From sequence record NC_091964.1: a stretch of DNA of 32,000 bases. One strand, given 5' to 3'. This DNA comes from Serratia phage PCH45. Position numbers and translations under genes: made by a program. This document shows, in pieces, positions 14,960-24,354 of the stretch. The notes beneath the pieces are model-generated. The model was not told the DNA's origin and did no database searches. It saw nothing but the letters and a program-made list of their open reading frames with translations. Position 1 is the first letter of the stretch. Every line of letters begins with the position of its first letter.

Positions 14960-15301
14960 ATGGCACGTAAATTACACCGTCGTTCTTCTCAACGTCATTT
15001 CTTCCCTGATAAAGAGAAAGGTGGTTCTTTCGATACTATCTATAAAACGGGTAAAGGTATCCGTGACCGCATCGAAGAAACGCGCAGCGATCTTTTCGAT
15101 GGTATTTATAACGGAGCTGATGCTGTTCCTCACCATCGCGCCGATGAAATCCTTCGTCTGGCAGAAGCCGGGTTCGGCGATGAAGAAATTGCCGAGTTCC
15201 TGTTGATCCCGGTTGAAGATATCGAGGTCATTATTCGCGAAGACGAAAAACGCGAAGAGAAAGCACGAGCTGCTATTCGCGCCCTGTTTACAGATCTCTA
15301 A
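14960..15301 (+). CDS. Small putative DNA-binding protein with a sigma70-region-4/LuxR-like HTH (113 aa)
   Basis: ADEILRLAEAGFGDEEIAEFLLIPVEDIEVIIRE resembles the ILRL...G.S..EIA..LGI....V HTH. The N-terminus is basic. SD AAGGA lies 8 nt upstream. The overlapping ORF 14955..15206 is rejected. Confidence 0.55.
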   Translation: MARKLHRRSSQRHFFPDKEKGGSFDTIYKTGKGIRDRIEETRSDLFDGIYNGADAVPHHRADEILRLAEAGFGDEEIAEFLLIPVEDIEVIIREDEKREEKARAAIRALFTDL

Positions 15302-15306
15302 TTATT

Positions 15307-15335
15307 AGGGGCCTTCGGGTCCCTGTCTTTGTTTC
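15307..15335 (+). terminator. Weak intrinsic terminator or attenuator (AGGGGCC-TTCG-GGTCCCT, interrupted T tail)
   Basis: 7-bp stem with one G-T pair, UUCG loop and tail GTCTTTGTTTCGTTT. The next ATG is only 18 nt downstream. Confidence 0.55.
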
Positions 15336-15352
15336 GTTTAGGAAAAGAAAAG

Positions 15353-17023
15353 ATGAAAGAAATAACTGCGATTCAAGAAATCAATAAAAACTATTCGCCG
15401 GTAATCAACGGTGTACTGACTCAGTGGGAACGTCGTGAAGGTGCTGTTGTATTCCGCGCGACCGCCGGTAACAGCATTCTCGATCAGCTGGGCGATCTGT
15501 TCGAAGCCAATCTCCCTCAAGACGGCCTTGGCCCTGGCGTTTGCTCCACCTGTCATTCGTTCATCAACACCTACGGTGATCTGGTTTACCATAACCGTAA
15601 AGGTGAGCCGGAATCTGCGCTGTGGAACCCTGACCACGTTCCCCCGAAGTACAAAGCTCTGTTCCGCACTATGCGTGACTTTGTACTGCGCGCTTATCGT
15701 GCTCCTTCTCAGCGCGGTGAGTTTAAAGACTCATATCCTGCTGCGGCTATCAACCAAAACATCCTACCGTACTTTGCGGAAGAGCGTGTGGTTGGTAAAA
15801 TGCAACACGGCAACTTCAATCACTTCTACCTGATCTGGGGCGATGAATCTTACGACGCCGGTAAAGAACGGGCGAAGTATAACGACGGTATCAGCTTCAT
15901 CATCTGGTTCCTGTCCGATCCGAAACGCGTTAAGCGTTTAGAGCGTATGCGTGAGTATGTCAAAGTCACTGACGTACTGGCAGAGAACAACAAGCTCATT
16001 GCTGCGCTGGACGATATGACTAACGTCCTGAGCAAGTGGAAAGAGCATAAACTTCAGTCTTCTGAAGACTTCGCTCATCGTCAAGAACGCATCGTCGGCT
16101 ATGCTCGAGGTAACGCGCATCTGATGTTATCCGAAGGCACTAAGCAACTGCGTGGTGGCGCTGCAAGCGTATTCTTCGAAAACGTTGAAACTCCGGATGA
16201 TATCCCGATGGTTGCTCTGGCGCAGTTCCTGAAAATGACTGACCCGGAAAACTACAAGCGTGTAACCAAAGACTTCAACGAGCGTACGCTGCGTAATGCA
16301 GAAAAAATGATGACCGATGCTGGGCTGGATAAAACGCTTCTGCGTCGTTGCGTTTATAAGGGCGAATCGCTTCCGTTCATCTGGGAAAAAGAAGTTACTG
16401 AGAAAGCGCGTAACCTCAGCTTCCTGGCAAACCTGGAAGGCCAGAAAAGCACCGTTAACACCGCCGCGGATCGCGAGCACCGTAAACGCGAAGTATCCTG
16501 GACAACGTTTGTTGATAAGTACTTGCCTCGTCTGAAAGAGATGTGGCTGGTTCCGCCTGCTAGCGCTAACTACGGTGGTCTGATGACTGCTGCTGAGCCT
16601 GAAGCCCCGAACATCTTTATCTGGGACGGTCCTCTGTCTGCATGGTTCTACACCAAGGGTTCTCACCCGCGTCAGTGGAATCTGAAAGTCGGCGAACTTG
16701 TTCCGGTTAAAGGCGTTATGTTCTCCCCTGAACATACCGGCGGGTTCTCGCCTCTGTTTGATCATCGTCATCTGTTGGTTCTTGATGATGGTTATCACGC
16801 TGGTCCTAACAGCCCGGCGTTGTTCAAAGACTACCTGGATCGTTATAAGTTTGATTATAACCAGCTGGCGAACATCGTGGCGTCCTTCAACGAACGTACT
16901 CCGGTCGATGAAGATAAAGATGCGGTTGTGGTCTATTCTGTAGCGAAAAGAAACCCGAACGTTGTTCTGTTCGCGGAACTGGATCGGGTCTGGACTCGCT
17001 TTGAAATCAAGACCTGGGAGTAA
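15353..17023 (+). CDS. Large conserved-looking hypothetical protein (556 aa)
   Basis: ATG 15353 (MKEITAIQE...) follows the SD-like AGGAAAAG. The track start 15329 is a TTG in the terminator tail. No motif I can name, apart from His-rich patches HGNFNHFY and FDHRHLLVLDDGYH. Confidence 0.85.
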   Translation: MKEITAIQEINKNYSPVINGVLTQWERREGAVVFRATAGNSILDQLGDLFEANLPQDGLGPGVCSTCHSFINTYGDLVYHNRKGEPESALWNPDHVPPKYKALFRTMRDFVLRAYRAPSQRGEFKDSYPAAAINQNILPYFAEERVVGKMQHGNFNHFYLIWGDESYDAGKERAKYNDGISFIIWFLSDPKRVKRLERMREYVKVTDVLAENNKLIAALDDMTNVLSKWKEHKLQSSEDFAHRQERIVGYARGNAHLMLSEGTKQLRGGAASVFFENVETPDDIPMVALAQFLKMTDPENYKRVTKDFNERTLRNAEKMMTDAGLDKTLLRRCVYKGESLPFIWEKEVTEKARNLSFLANLEGQKSTVNTAADREHRKREVSWTTFVDKYLPRLKEMWLVPPASANYGGLMTAAEPEAPNIFIWDGPLSAWFYTKGSHPRQWNLKVGELVPVKGVMFSPEHTGGFSPLFDHRHLLVLDDGYHAGPNSPALFKDYLDRYKFDYNQLANIVASFNERTPVDEDKDAVVVYSVAKRNPNVVLFAELDRVWTRFEIKTWE

Positions 17024-17025
17024 GT

Positions 17026-17364
17026 ATGACGGATACCCAGTTTTATAACGTGATGTTTATTACTGGCGTATCCCAAGTACTAGCTCTGTTGTTCTGCTGG
17101 ACGGCTTGTTACGTCCAGCGCTTAGGTAAGGACTTAAAGGAACTGCTGATGTTGTTATGGATTATATTCAGCATTTTCCTTCCTTACCTGAGTACCGGCA
17201 TTAATGACATATGCCGCGGTATAATGTTTGTCTGTCTTGTTTGGGCCGCATGTACCTTTGCTAAGTACTTTGGAGATATACGTCGCCGTCGAGCTTTCTA
17301 TATACAGCTATTCATTTCATATATTGCCGCACTTGGATATCTCCTTGCGGTAATGGATCGTTAA
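17026..17364 (+). CDS. Small 4-TM membrane protein (112 aa)
   Basis: Hydrophobic helices with an IRRRRAFY motif before the last one. SD GGGAG. Confidence 0.75.
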   Translation: MTDTQFYNVMFITGVSQVLALLFCWTACYVQRLGKDLKELLMLLWIIFSIFLPYLSTGINDICRGIMFVCLVWAACTFAKYFGDIRRRRAFYIQLFISYIAALGYLLAVMDR

Positions 17365-17380
17365 TAAAAGGAAAATAAGA

Positions 17381-17782
17381 ATGTTACGTCTCGATAAGAT
17401 CAATGTTAATGTTGGTAAAGTTATTCAGTCACGCATCAGCCTGGGGGAAATGTCAGCTCCTCCCCAGCAATACCCGGTTGCCATGATGGAAGTTAACCCC
17501 GGTCAAAACCTGGGTATCACTATCAAACGTCTGGCGAAAGATATCATTTCTCTTCTGGAAGTGGATGTTCCCAATCTGAAAGAAGGTGATCTGGCAGAAA
17601 AGATTCAGTCTATCGTCGACACGGCACTGCCGAAAGGGTTTGCTCAAAACCCAATCCTCCGTACGCTGGAAGTTCCTGGCGAAACATTTGCTGGCGGTGA
17701 TCAACAGGGTAACATGGCGATCATCAGTGTAGGCTGCACCTACAAAAGCGTAGGTATCGGTAACCTGGTGCTCGACAAATGA
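17381..17782 (+). CDS. Hypothetical protein (133 aa)
   Basis: SD AAAGGA. The stop overlaps the next start. Confidence 0.75.
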   Translation: MLRLDKINVNVGKVIQSRISLGEMSAPPQQYPVAMMEVNPGQNLGITIKRLAKDIISLLEVDVPNLKEGDLAEKIQSIVDTALPKGFAQNPILRTLEVPGETFAGGDQQGNMAIISVGCTYKSVGIGNLVLDK

Positions 17783-18108
17783 TGACGTTTACTCAGCCTT
17801 GGTTCCCGCTGGTCTTCGCTTATTCGCTAGTCATGATCGTGGCGTTGATGGCGTTGCATTTCATGTCGCGCCAACGATTCGCAGGGCATACGGGCGAATT
17901 AGTGATGGTTGTTTTTATGTCTACGGGAATGATGTTACTCGTCTGGGTTCCTATTCCTTGGGTAATCAAGATCTTCCCTGCTCTGTGCCTATCCCTTATT
18001 GGGGCCAGGTTAACGAAAGCACATGAAAGATCCGGGTATCTCATGGGTCAGTGCTGGGTAGCTCTATTCTACTACATCATCGGCGTTTCGGGTGTACTAC
18101 TGAAGTAA
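17779..18108 (+). CDS. Small 4-TM membrane protein (109 aa)
   Basis: PLVFAYSLVMIVALMALHF, LVMVVFMSTGMMLLVWV, IFPALCLSLIG and CWVALFYYIIGVSGVLL. Confidence 0.75.
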   Translation: MMTFTQPWFPLVFAYSLVMIVALMALHFMSRQRFAGHTGELVMVVFMSTGMMLLVWVPIPWVIKIFPALCLSLIGARLTKAHERSGYLMGQCWVALFYYIIGVSGVLLK

Positions 18109-18113
18109 ACAGC

Positions 18114-18149
18114 AAAAAAGAAGGGCCCGAAGGCCCTTCTTTTTTTTTT
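18114..18149. terminator. Bidirectional intrinsic terminator (A6-GAAGGGCC-CGAA-GGCCCTTC-T10) shared by convergent genes
   Basis: Perfect 8-bp GC stem flanked by an A-run and a T-run, lying between the 18108 (+) and 18154 (-) stops. Confidence 0.85.
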
Positions 18150-18153
18150 GCCT

Positions 18154-18690
18154 TTATTCAACCCACCAGTAGTTGAGTACGTAGTGAGGGTCGTACTGAA
18201 CATCATCGACTAAACCCAGTGGCCTCATGTTCTTTCTAATGAGATCCATTGTTTGGGTTGGCGTACCGAAAACAATTAGCCATATATCGACTTGAGGGAC
18301 AGCAGTCTGACTGTATCTCATATCGCCGACAAGAAGTTGATATGGGAGCGGGTTACCATCTGCGTCACAGGGGATACCTGTGGATTTCTGTAATTCAAGC
18401 TTAGCCAGCGCTGTCTGTGTACCGACCGGGGCCGAATATAGCGTAGCCTCTGTCTTCCAGTAACTCGCGTTACCTAACTTACCAGCCGCGTTATCACTGG
18501 AGGGATTATCTGGGTAATTACTCGACCAGTTACCGCTAGTGAGACTGCCCTTTAACTTCATCTTCGGAGCCAGTAACATCAGCTGCTCGATCGTTGTTGA
18601 TTGTGACTTCCCTCCTTGGGTAATCATCAACAAAGCATCCGCTTCGAGACTCTCTACTGTGGGTAGTTCAGAAACCTTAGTTTCGCTCAT
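18154..18690 (-). CDS. Small tail-fibre-like protein (178 aa)
   Basis: The N-terminus MSETKVSELPTVESLEADALLMITQGGKSQSTTIEQL has the ELP...L...D.......G.S..T...L pattern common at phage fibre/spike N-termini. It lies next to the fibre genes, with SD GGAGGAAG. Confidence 0.55.
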   Translation of the reverse strand: MSETKVSELPTVESLEADALLMITQGGKSQSTTIEQLMLLAPKMKLKGSLTSGNWSSNYPDNPSSDNAAGKLGNASYWKTEATLYSAPVGTQTALAKLELQKSTGIPCDADGNPLPYQLLVGDMRYSQTAVPQVDIWLIVFGTPTQTMDLIRKNMRPLGLVDDVQYDPHYVLNYWWVE

Positions 18691-18742
18691 AACTTCCTCC
18701 TTTAACAGCGCTTTTTATGAATCATAATAGGAGTGGCTAATT

Positions 18743-19594
18743 ATGTCTTACAGACCGGAATTAATTCTCGAGCTTGTTGGGGCTATAAATTCCCAAAACG
18801 ATCTCGATCTCAAAGTAGAGGATGTTGAACTCACCTCTCCTGTATTCAACGATGACGCTGTTATGGTGAAAATAGTTAAGGGAGGCGCAGACTATTACGG
18901 CCGTAAGTACGTGACTTATCGCCGCTTAGATCCATCCAAGTTCTTTAAGAACATCCCTGTAAGATCCATTGTTGACAACCTGGGAAAGACGGTTACGGGG
19001 ATACAAGTAATCGCTGTTATTAACACATACTGGCCTGATCTAATCCCTTACGAGGATATCGAACAAGAAGATCTGGAGAAACCGTATACGCTGGGTGAAC
19101 TTCTCTCGATGCCTGCAACATTCCGGTTCAAGGGATCTTCTCAATCGTGGAAAGGTACATTCTCCCTCTCCGTCGCCCAGCGTTTTATTAACCTCGGTTA
19201 TATTGTTGACAACGGTACTGTTAAACTTGAAGGTCCGTCGCCGCAAACCATGCGTAGTTACTACGCCGATTTCACTCCGTATGCTCAGTTACTAAGTGTT
19301 ACGGAATCGACCGGTACTCTTGATGAGGATCTCTTCTACCTTCTATCGAGAGGTTTGCCGGGAATTAACGTTAAGGATGCGGCCATCCTCTACAATGGTA
19401 AGACGGCTAATGCGACTGACTACAAGGTCAACACTGACTTTAGTCACGTAATGCTACTCAAACCTACCGGCGGTACAGAGAAAGATATTGTCTACGTCAA
19501 TTACAACTATAGCAATACTTCAGTAAACGCTATAGTTACAGAGAGCGGCGACATTCTTACCGATGAGTCCGGTAATGTCATTGTATTAGAGTGA
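18743..19594 (+). CDS. Tail-fibre-associated structural protein (283 aa)
   Basis: SD AGGAG. The C-terminus VTESGDILTDESGNVIVLE is a repeat type seen in phage fibre/adaptor proteins. It lies immediately upstream of the large fibre gene. Confidence 0.55.
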   Translation: MSYRPELILELVGAINSQNDLDLKVEDVELTSPVFNDDAVMVKIVKGGADYYGRKYVTYRRLDPSKFFKNIPVRSIVDNLGKTVTGIQVIAVINTYWPDLIPYEDIEQEDLEKPYTLGELLSMPATFRFKGSSQSWKGTFSLSVAQRFINLGYIVDNGTVKLEGPSPQTMRSYYADFTPYAQLLSVTESTGTLDEDLFYLLSRGLPGINVKDAAILYNGKTANATDYKVNTDFSHVMLLKPTGGTEKDIVYVNYNYSNTSVNAIVTESGDILTDESGNVIVLE

Positions 19595-19612
19595 CACTTA
19601 TAGGTGGATAAA

Positions 19613-22600
19613 ATGAGTGAAGAGTTTTATAAGGATTCAAAGACGGATATTGCTGATCAGCTGAATGCGAACAACGGCACGCACATCACGCCTGATAACA
19701 TCACGCTAGGTATAGTGAATGGCGATAAGGCTATTGTCGGCGATAATGTCAAATATTCTCAGTCGGCGGCTATTGATTTAGTTCCGCGGGACCTGAGTAC
19801 TCTGATTGGGTTCGCACCCATTATCGTAACAGATGTCGACTTTACTTCCGGTCAGATGAAAGTAAAGGACATCATCCCTCTCGTTAACAAAGCTGTAGGT
19901 ACTAACATCTCGGTAGGCGATATCATGAATGCCGAGTTTGTTATTCCTAAACCAATTACCGGTGGCCCTGCTGTAGTAGTGAACTTCAACGGTAATCGGG
20001 TATCCATGGTTAATGATTTCAATGTCATTCTTGTTAAGAAAGACTTCAACTTTTCTGACTGGACTGCTCTAAGCACTGACCATGATATAGAGTGGCTTGG
20101 AACATCAACTGCTCGTAACTACCGTTTCGAGCCAGACAGGTTCTCCGTTGCGATGATTCAGAATATGGAGGACGTCTATGTCGAGACTTGTCAATTCGCC
20201 ATATTGGGCGAAGGTGCCCCTATATTCTTACTGGCGTTAAACGACGCGGATAAGTTTGCGTTGAAGTGGCCAGAAAACATCCAATGGGTCGAGACAGATG
20301 TCCGTGACTTCAAAGGCTCAATGAAGTTCTATCTCTTTACTACGCAGAACAAGGGTCAGTCCTATCGAGCAATGCGTATTAACGGGGATGAACCTTGGGA
20401 AGAACTGCTCTACAAGATTCAGGGACGTTCTATCGACGATCGTCAGGTTGAGTACCTGCTGGATGGTCACGTTAAGTTCTTGAAGGATAACACTGGTAAG
20501 ATCGTGGACCCTCACACCGACCACTTTGTTATCAATGAAAAAGACGTGCTGGTAAACAACCGTCACTTCACGTACAACACTCGCCAGGAAGGACAGCCTG
20601 ATAGTGATGCTACAACCGAGGGTCATTCCCTATTGATCACTGGGTTCATCGAAGCTTATCGTTTAGCTAAATCTCGAGGGAATAGTCTCAAGGCAGCTGA
20701 ATATCTGGCGGCGGCTGAGAAATATTTTCTGTCCTATATCGAAGCGTTCTATGCAGGGGAGTTACCTCCTGACACTCCGTTCCGTTGGTCTTCTAACTGG
20801 ATCGTTAACGGTAAAAGCCCGGTACTGGCTCACTACCCGTTAGCTGCTAGCGATGACTTCCCTACTCACGGCGGGTTTATCGATATTGCGATTACCTTCA
20901 CTAATGGCGTTGGTAAAATTGCCGCAGGTGCGCCTTATTGGGGTGAGTATCTTGATGTTGTAGGTAAGGTCTACACTGGTAAAATGGGCTGGCAGCGTAT
21001 TGATGCGACGCCGTACATGACTGATGCAACAGGCTCACTTGACTGGAAAAATAAGGGTAAGGTTTACGAAGTTGAATCTATCCATACCTGGTCTATGGAG
21101 ATCATTTCTGGTGATGGGGATAAGATCGGTACGTTTACTGATGAATCCTTGAAGGGAACGGTTACACTTAAGGATAAAACGTATACCGGCGATCTCAATA
21201 GTTCCTTCGCTGCTCGCTTACCTGTTGAGCACGGTGGTTACATGTTGGCGACGAACGAATGTCAACATAACCGTCCTTTACAGGTTCCGGTTAATAACCT
21301 GTTCCGCGGTAATGCGTCAGATGCCGAGCAATGGTTCTGTGAAGCTGCCTACGACCTTTGGAAGATCACGGGTGACGATCTGTACAAGAAGTCCTTCGAG
21401 GCTTCTCTATGGACAATCATGGAGTATACGACGATCGATGCTAACGATAAGTTCATCCGTAAAGTTAAGGGTGATGTTCGTTATGACACCGACGGTATTA
21501 CGTACTACTACACCTACCCATCGCAACAGGCAGTTAAGATTGATCGCAACGCTGATGGTTATATTCGTATCCGCTCTGAACGCGCTGAGGGCTTGCAGTT
21601 TACCATGGAGCAGAACGCTATTCCGTTCCGTGTTAATCGTAACTCTGTTCTACAACTTCAGTATGGCGGGATGGATGATAACCAGGGTCTGGTAAACGCG
21701 CGTGCTCAGTTAGTGCTCTCTATCGATAAATCTAAAGAGAAAGAGAAGGTGTATAACATCCCTCTTCCTCCGACGATGGACTCCTTACCGGTGGAGATAA
21801 ATATCCCTATCGGGTCATTAGTAGAGATTACCGATAACGATCCGTTTGAATTAATGGCAGCTAGTGCTATCAGCTGGTCTGAGAATACGAAGGCTTTTCA
21901 GAAATTTGACAGTAGCGTATTCGATGGCCGCACTGCCTCTATTCTCCATGCCCAGCAAACGGACAGCGGAGATATGCAGTTCTCAGTTGGGTTGAGTAAG
22001 AAACGCGTTATCAGCAGTGTTATCTATCGTGCCAATATCGACATGAACATTCGTATCATTGATGCTGACGGATGGCGTTGGTGGGCGATGCTACCTGCGA
22101 GCACTGAATGGGTAGGGACTGATTACACAGATCAATCTTGGACCTTGGCTTCTTATCAGACCAATCCTGAAACAGACCCTCGCCCTACTGCGGTTAACTG
22201 GGGCGGCGGGGTTGATGAAGTGACTTTCCTGCCAGATGGAACCTCTAAGGAACTTGACTACATCGACCTGTACACTTTAAATGGTACGCCAACCACTTAT
22301 GCAGTAGATGACGGGTACACTATGTTGTTTGGTTTGACCTTCTACATGGATGCACCGGCGACTGTTTATTTGGGCGACTGTACTATTAAAGGACAGCGAC
22401 TGGATGCACTTCCTTATACCCCAGGTATCATTCCGTTCTCTAACAACAGTGTTCCTAACGCACCAACGTTCGACTCCTGGCGAGGACAGCCGTATCCGGG
22501 TTACCAATACCCGTTCTACTACGCCCTCCAAACTCTGGAAGAAAACCCTAACCGCGATCTCATGATCTCTAACGTTATTGACTTCTGGTACGACTCCCAG

Positions 22601-23611
22601 CAATGGTATCACCAGCAGTTTGGCGTAATGGGACCGGGAGCGTCGGCTTATGTTTGGGACCGTTGGGATATGCCAGATGGTGAAACGCCTAATACGTGGA
22701 CGATGTATCACTTCGGTACAAACGTTGCGTGGTCAGGTTATCAGCCTCGCGCTTTCTACGCTGCTGTTAAGATGTATGAAACTATGCGCGATCAGAAGCT
22801 GGATATTCCTGATAAGCTGGTAACATATGTCAAGAACTGGCTCCTGTTCTTACGTGACTTCGTGGAGGAAAATGATATTGTTCCTTCTGACTACCCGGTA
22901 GATAAAGCTCCAGAGCCTTTGGAGAACGACTTCACCGGTCACATGTCCGGGCTGTATCTGGCAGGTATCTGTAAAGCTTACATGTTAGGCTTGCGTATCC
23001 CTGGCCATATTGGTCTAGCCCGCACGGTCTATCAGGAGATTGTTGACAACTATGTCCAGCGTCCTGGTTACAAAGACATTATGAACGGATCGTGGTCGCC
23101 GTTTGCAGATCCTGTTAATAACGGGAAAGACGGTATGTTCTTTGGTTTCTGGGCGGGAGAGATTATGCGTGGGTTATCTATCTACGCTGAGTTTATCTTC
23201 TCGATCTTCCCTCGTGAAATCAATGCTGTCAGTGTCCTTAACTTCCAGGAAACTCTCGGTACGTTCGACGTCTTTAAATCCTTGGCGGCGCAAGATCTCG
23301 CCATTGACTATAATGATGTTACTGCCGAGCAGGTTGTGCAGATGAAGAAAGTCGCTACTGCGATATTTTCTTCTGGGCCTGATGATGACGAATATGTTAA
23401 TCTACCAACTGCTGTGGCTGGCATTGTGTACGGTATCAACAAGTTCGGGTCCTATGGAATGGATGAGGCGAAGTGGCGGACAATCGCCGCGAGTTTTGTT
23501 ATCAAGGAGAAGGTTCTCGCTACGACAGGTAACAACCACCTAGTTATTTCCTTCCAGGATAAGCAAGGGTATCCGTTTGTCAGTGACGTAACAATCGATT
23601 GGACGAACTAA
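19613..23611 (+). CDS. Large tail fibre/tailspike protein (1332 aa), possibly carrying an alpha/alpha-toroid glycan-degrading domain
   Basis: Size and context fit a fibre/spike. ATG 19613 follows SD AGGTGG (the track GTG is 19604). Helix-rich Trp/Tyr-rich segments (HSLLITGFIEAYRLAKSRGNSLKAAEYLAAAEKYF; EQWFCEAAYDLWKITGDDLYKKSFEASLW; FWYDSQQWYHQQFG...; FFGFWAGEIMRGLSIYAEF) resemble six-hairpin enzymes. Confidence 0.7.
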   Translation: MSEEFYKDSKTDIADQLNANNGTHITPDNITLGIVNGDKAIVGDNVKYSQSAAIDLVPRDLSTLIGFAPIIVTDVDFTSGQMKVKDIIPLVNKAVGTNISVGDIMNAEFVIPKPITGGPAVVVNFNGNRVSMVNDFNVILVKKDFNFSDWTALSTDHDIEWLGTSTARNYRFEPDRFSVAMIQNMEDVYVETCQFAILGEGAPIFLLALNDADKFALKWPENIQWVETDVRDFKGSMKFYLFTTQNKGQSYRAMRINGDEPWEELLYKIQGRSIDDRQVEYLLDGHVKFLKDNTGKIVDPHTDHFVINEKDVLVNNRHFTYNTRQEGQPDSDATTEGHSLLITGFIEAYRLAKSRGNSLKAAEYLAAAEKYFLSYIEAFYAGELPPDTPFRWSSNWIVNGKSPVLAHYPLAASDDFPTHGGFIDIAITFTNGVGKIAAGAPYWGEYLDVVGKVYTGKMGWQRIDATPYMTDATGSLDWKNKGKVYEVESIHTWSMEIISGDGDKIGTFTDESLKGTVTLKDKTYTGDLNSSFAARLPVEHGGYMLATNECQHNRPLQVPVNNLFRGNASDAEQWFCEAAYDLWKITGDDLYKKSFEASLWTIMEYTTIDANDKFIRKVKGDVRYDTDGITYYYTYPSQQAVKIDRNADGYIRIRSERAEGLQFTMEQNAIPFRVNRNSVLQLQYGGMDDNQGLVNARAQLVLSIDKSKEKEKVYNIPLPPTMDSLPVEINIPIGSLVEITDNDPFELMAASAISWSENTKAFQKFDSSVFDGRTASILHAQQTDSGDMQFSVGLSKKRVISSVIYRANIDMNIRIIDADGWRWWAMLPASTEWVGTDYTDQSWTLASYQTNPETDPRPTAVNWGGGVDEVTFLPDGTSKELDYIDLYTLNGTPTTYAVDDGYTMLFGLTFYMDAPATVYLGDCTIKGQRLDALPYTPGIIPFSNNSVPNAPTFDSWRGQPYPGYQYPFYYALQTLEENPNRDLMISNVIDFWYDSQQWYHQQFGVMGPGASAYVWDRWDMPDGETPNTWTMYHFGTNVAWSGYQPRAFYAAVKMYETMRDQKLDIPDKLVTYVKNWLLFLRDFVEENDIVPSDYPVDKAPEPLENDFTGHMSGLYLAGICKAYMLGLRIPGHIGLARTVYQEIVDNYVQRPGYKDIMNGSWSPFADPVNNGKDGMFFGFWAGEIMRGLSIYAEFIFSIFPREINAVSVLNFQETLGTFDVFKSLAAQDLAIDYNDVTAEQVVQMKKVATAIFSSGPDDDEYVNLPTAVAGIVYGINKFGSYGMDEAKWRTIAASFVIKEKVLATTGNNHLVISFQDKQGYPFVSDVTIDWTN

Positions 23612-23617
23612 AGGTGC

Positions 23618-23653
23618 AAAAAAGAAGGGCCTTCGGGCCCTTCTTTTTTTTTT
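23618..23653 (+). terminator. Intrinsic terminator (A6-GAAGGGCC-TTCG-GGCCCTTC-T11)
   Basis: Same stem as 18114..18149 with the loop inverted, followed by a long T-run. Confidence 0.85.
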
Positions 23654-23744
23654 GTTAAAGGAGTGGCATTTTCTATTTTTATTTTGCTTATATATCACTA
23701 TAGTGTACACACCCTTGGTTACTATTATTAATAGGATAAAAAGA

Positions 23745-24353
23745 ATGGACAGGACATTTAGATTTGCCGACATCCATAAAGGTCTAGGTTATTTGGTCCG
23801 GATGACCGACTTCGACAACTATGAAATCTCTTCCGGGATACTGAATAAATTTCGAGAATTATCGATGATTGATGAGGGGGTTTACTTTTACTCTCTCCTC
23901 GGGTATATGGAAAGCGCCGAGAGTAGGAACCATCCATTGTACGATGGAACTAATCGCGTATATACCGCTTACTTAATTGGTTTGGATCGTATTGAGGAGC
24001 TTAACTGCGCGCTTACTAGAGGTATTCAAAAGCTCAGTCGGCGATGCAGGCTTACCCTTGCTTTTGTTCTGGCTTACCAATACGAAGCCACATTCTTCCA
24101 CATTGGAGTTAAGAAGAACGCCACGACATTTCCTTGGGAGACTTATGTTTCTAAAGGAACTATCTGGACTAAGAGCAGAGAAGAAGTGCTCAGCCATGTC
24201 ATCGAAAATCACTGGTGCCTTGAGAATCGAGCGTACCGCAGTGTATTAGTTGACATGATAAGGATCATGCGTTTGATGTATGTTGAGAAAGATTATCCGG
24301 CTATCGTTAAAGTTTTCGATAGTCATCGTGCTATTGCTAAGTTAAGAGGTTGA
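23745..24353 (+). CDS. Hypothetical protein (202 aa)
   Basis: ATG 23745 follows AGGA at 8 nt. The track start 23652 is a TTG inside the terminator T-run. Confidence 0.65.
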   Translation: MDRTFRFADIHKGLGYLVRMTDFDNYEISSGILNKFRELSMIDEGVYFYSLLGYMESAESRNHPLYDGTNRVYTAYLIGLDRIEELNCALTRGIQKLSRRCRLTLAFVLAYQYEATFFHIGVKKNATTFPWETYVSKGTIWTKSREEVLSHVIENHWCLENRAYRSVLVDMIRIMRLMYVEKDYPAIVKVFDSHRAIAKLRG

Positions 24354-24354
24354 T

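Noticed and set aside
18154-18742. Invertible (Gin/Cin-type) host-range segment or DGR around the inverted small fibre gene
   Set aside because: No flanking inverted crossover repeats other than the terminator, no invertase, and no reverse transcriptase or template repeat anywhere in the window.
23695-23705. TCACTATAG, identical to the core of T7-type RNAP promoters, within a 10-bp palindrome CACTATAGTG
   Set aside because: A 9-mer match is expected by chance. The upstream recognition part of T7/SP6/K11 promoters is absent, and nothing in the window suggests a single-subunit RNAP. It may still be an operator, but there is no second copy.
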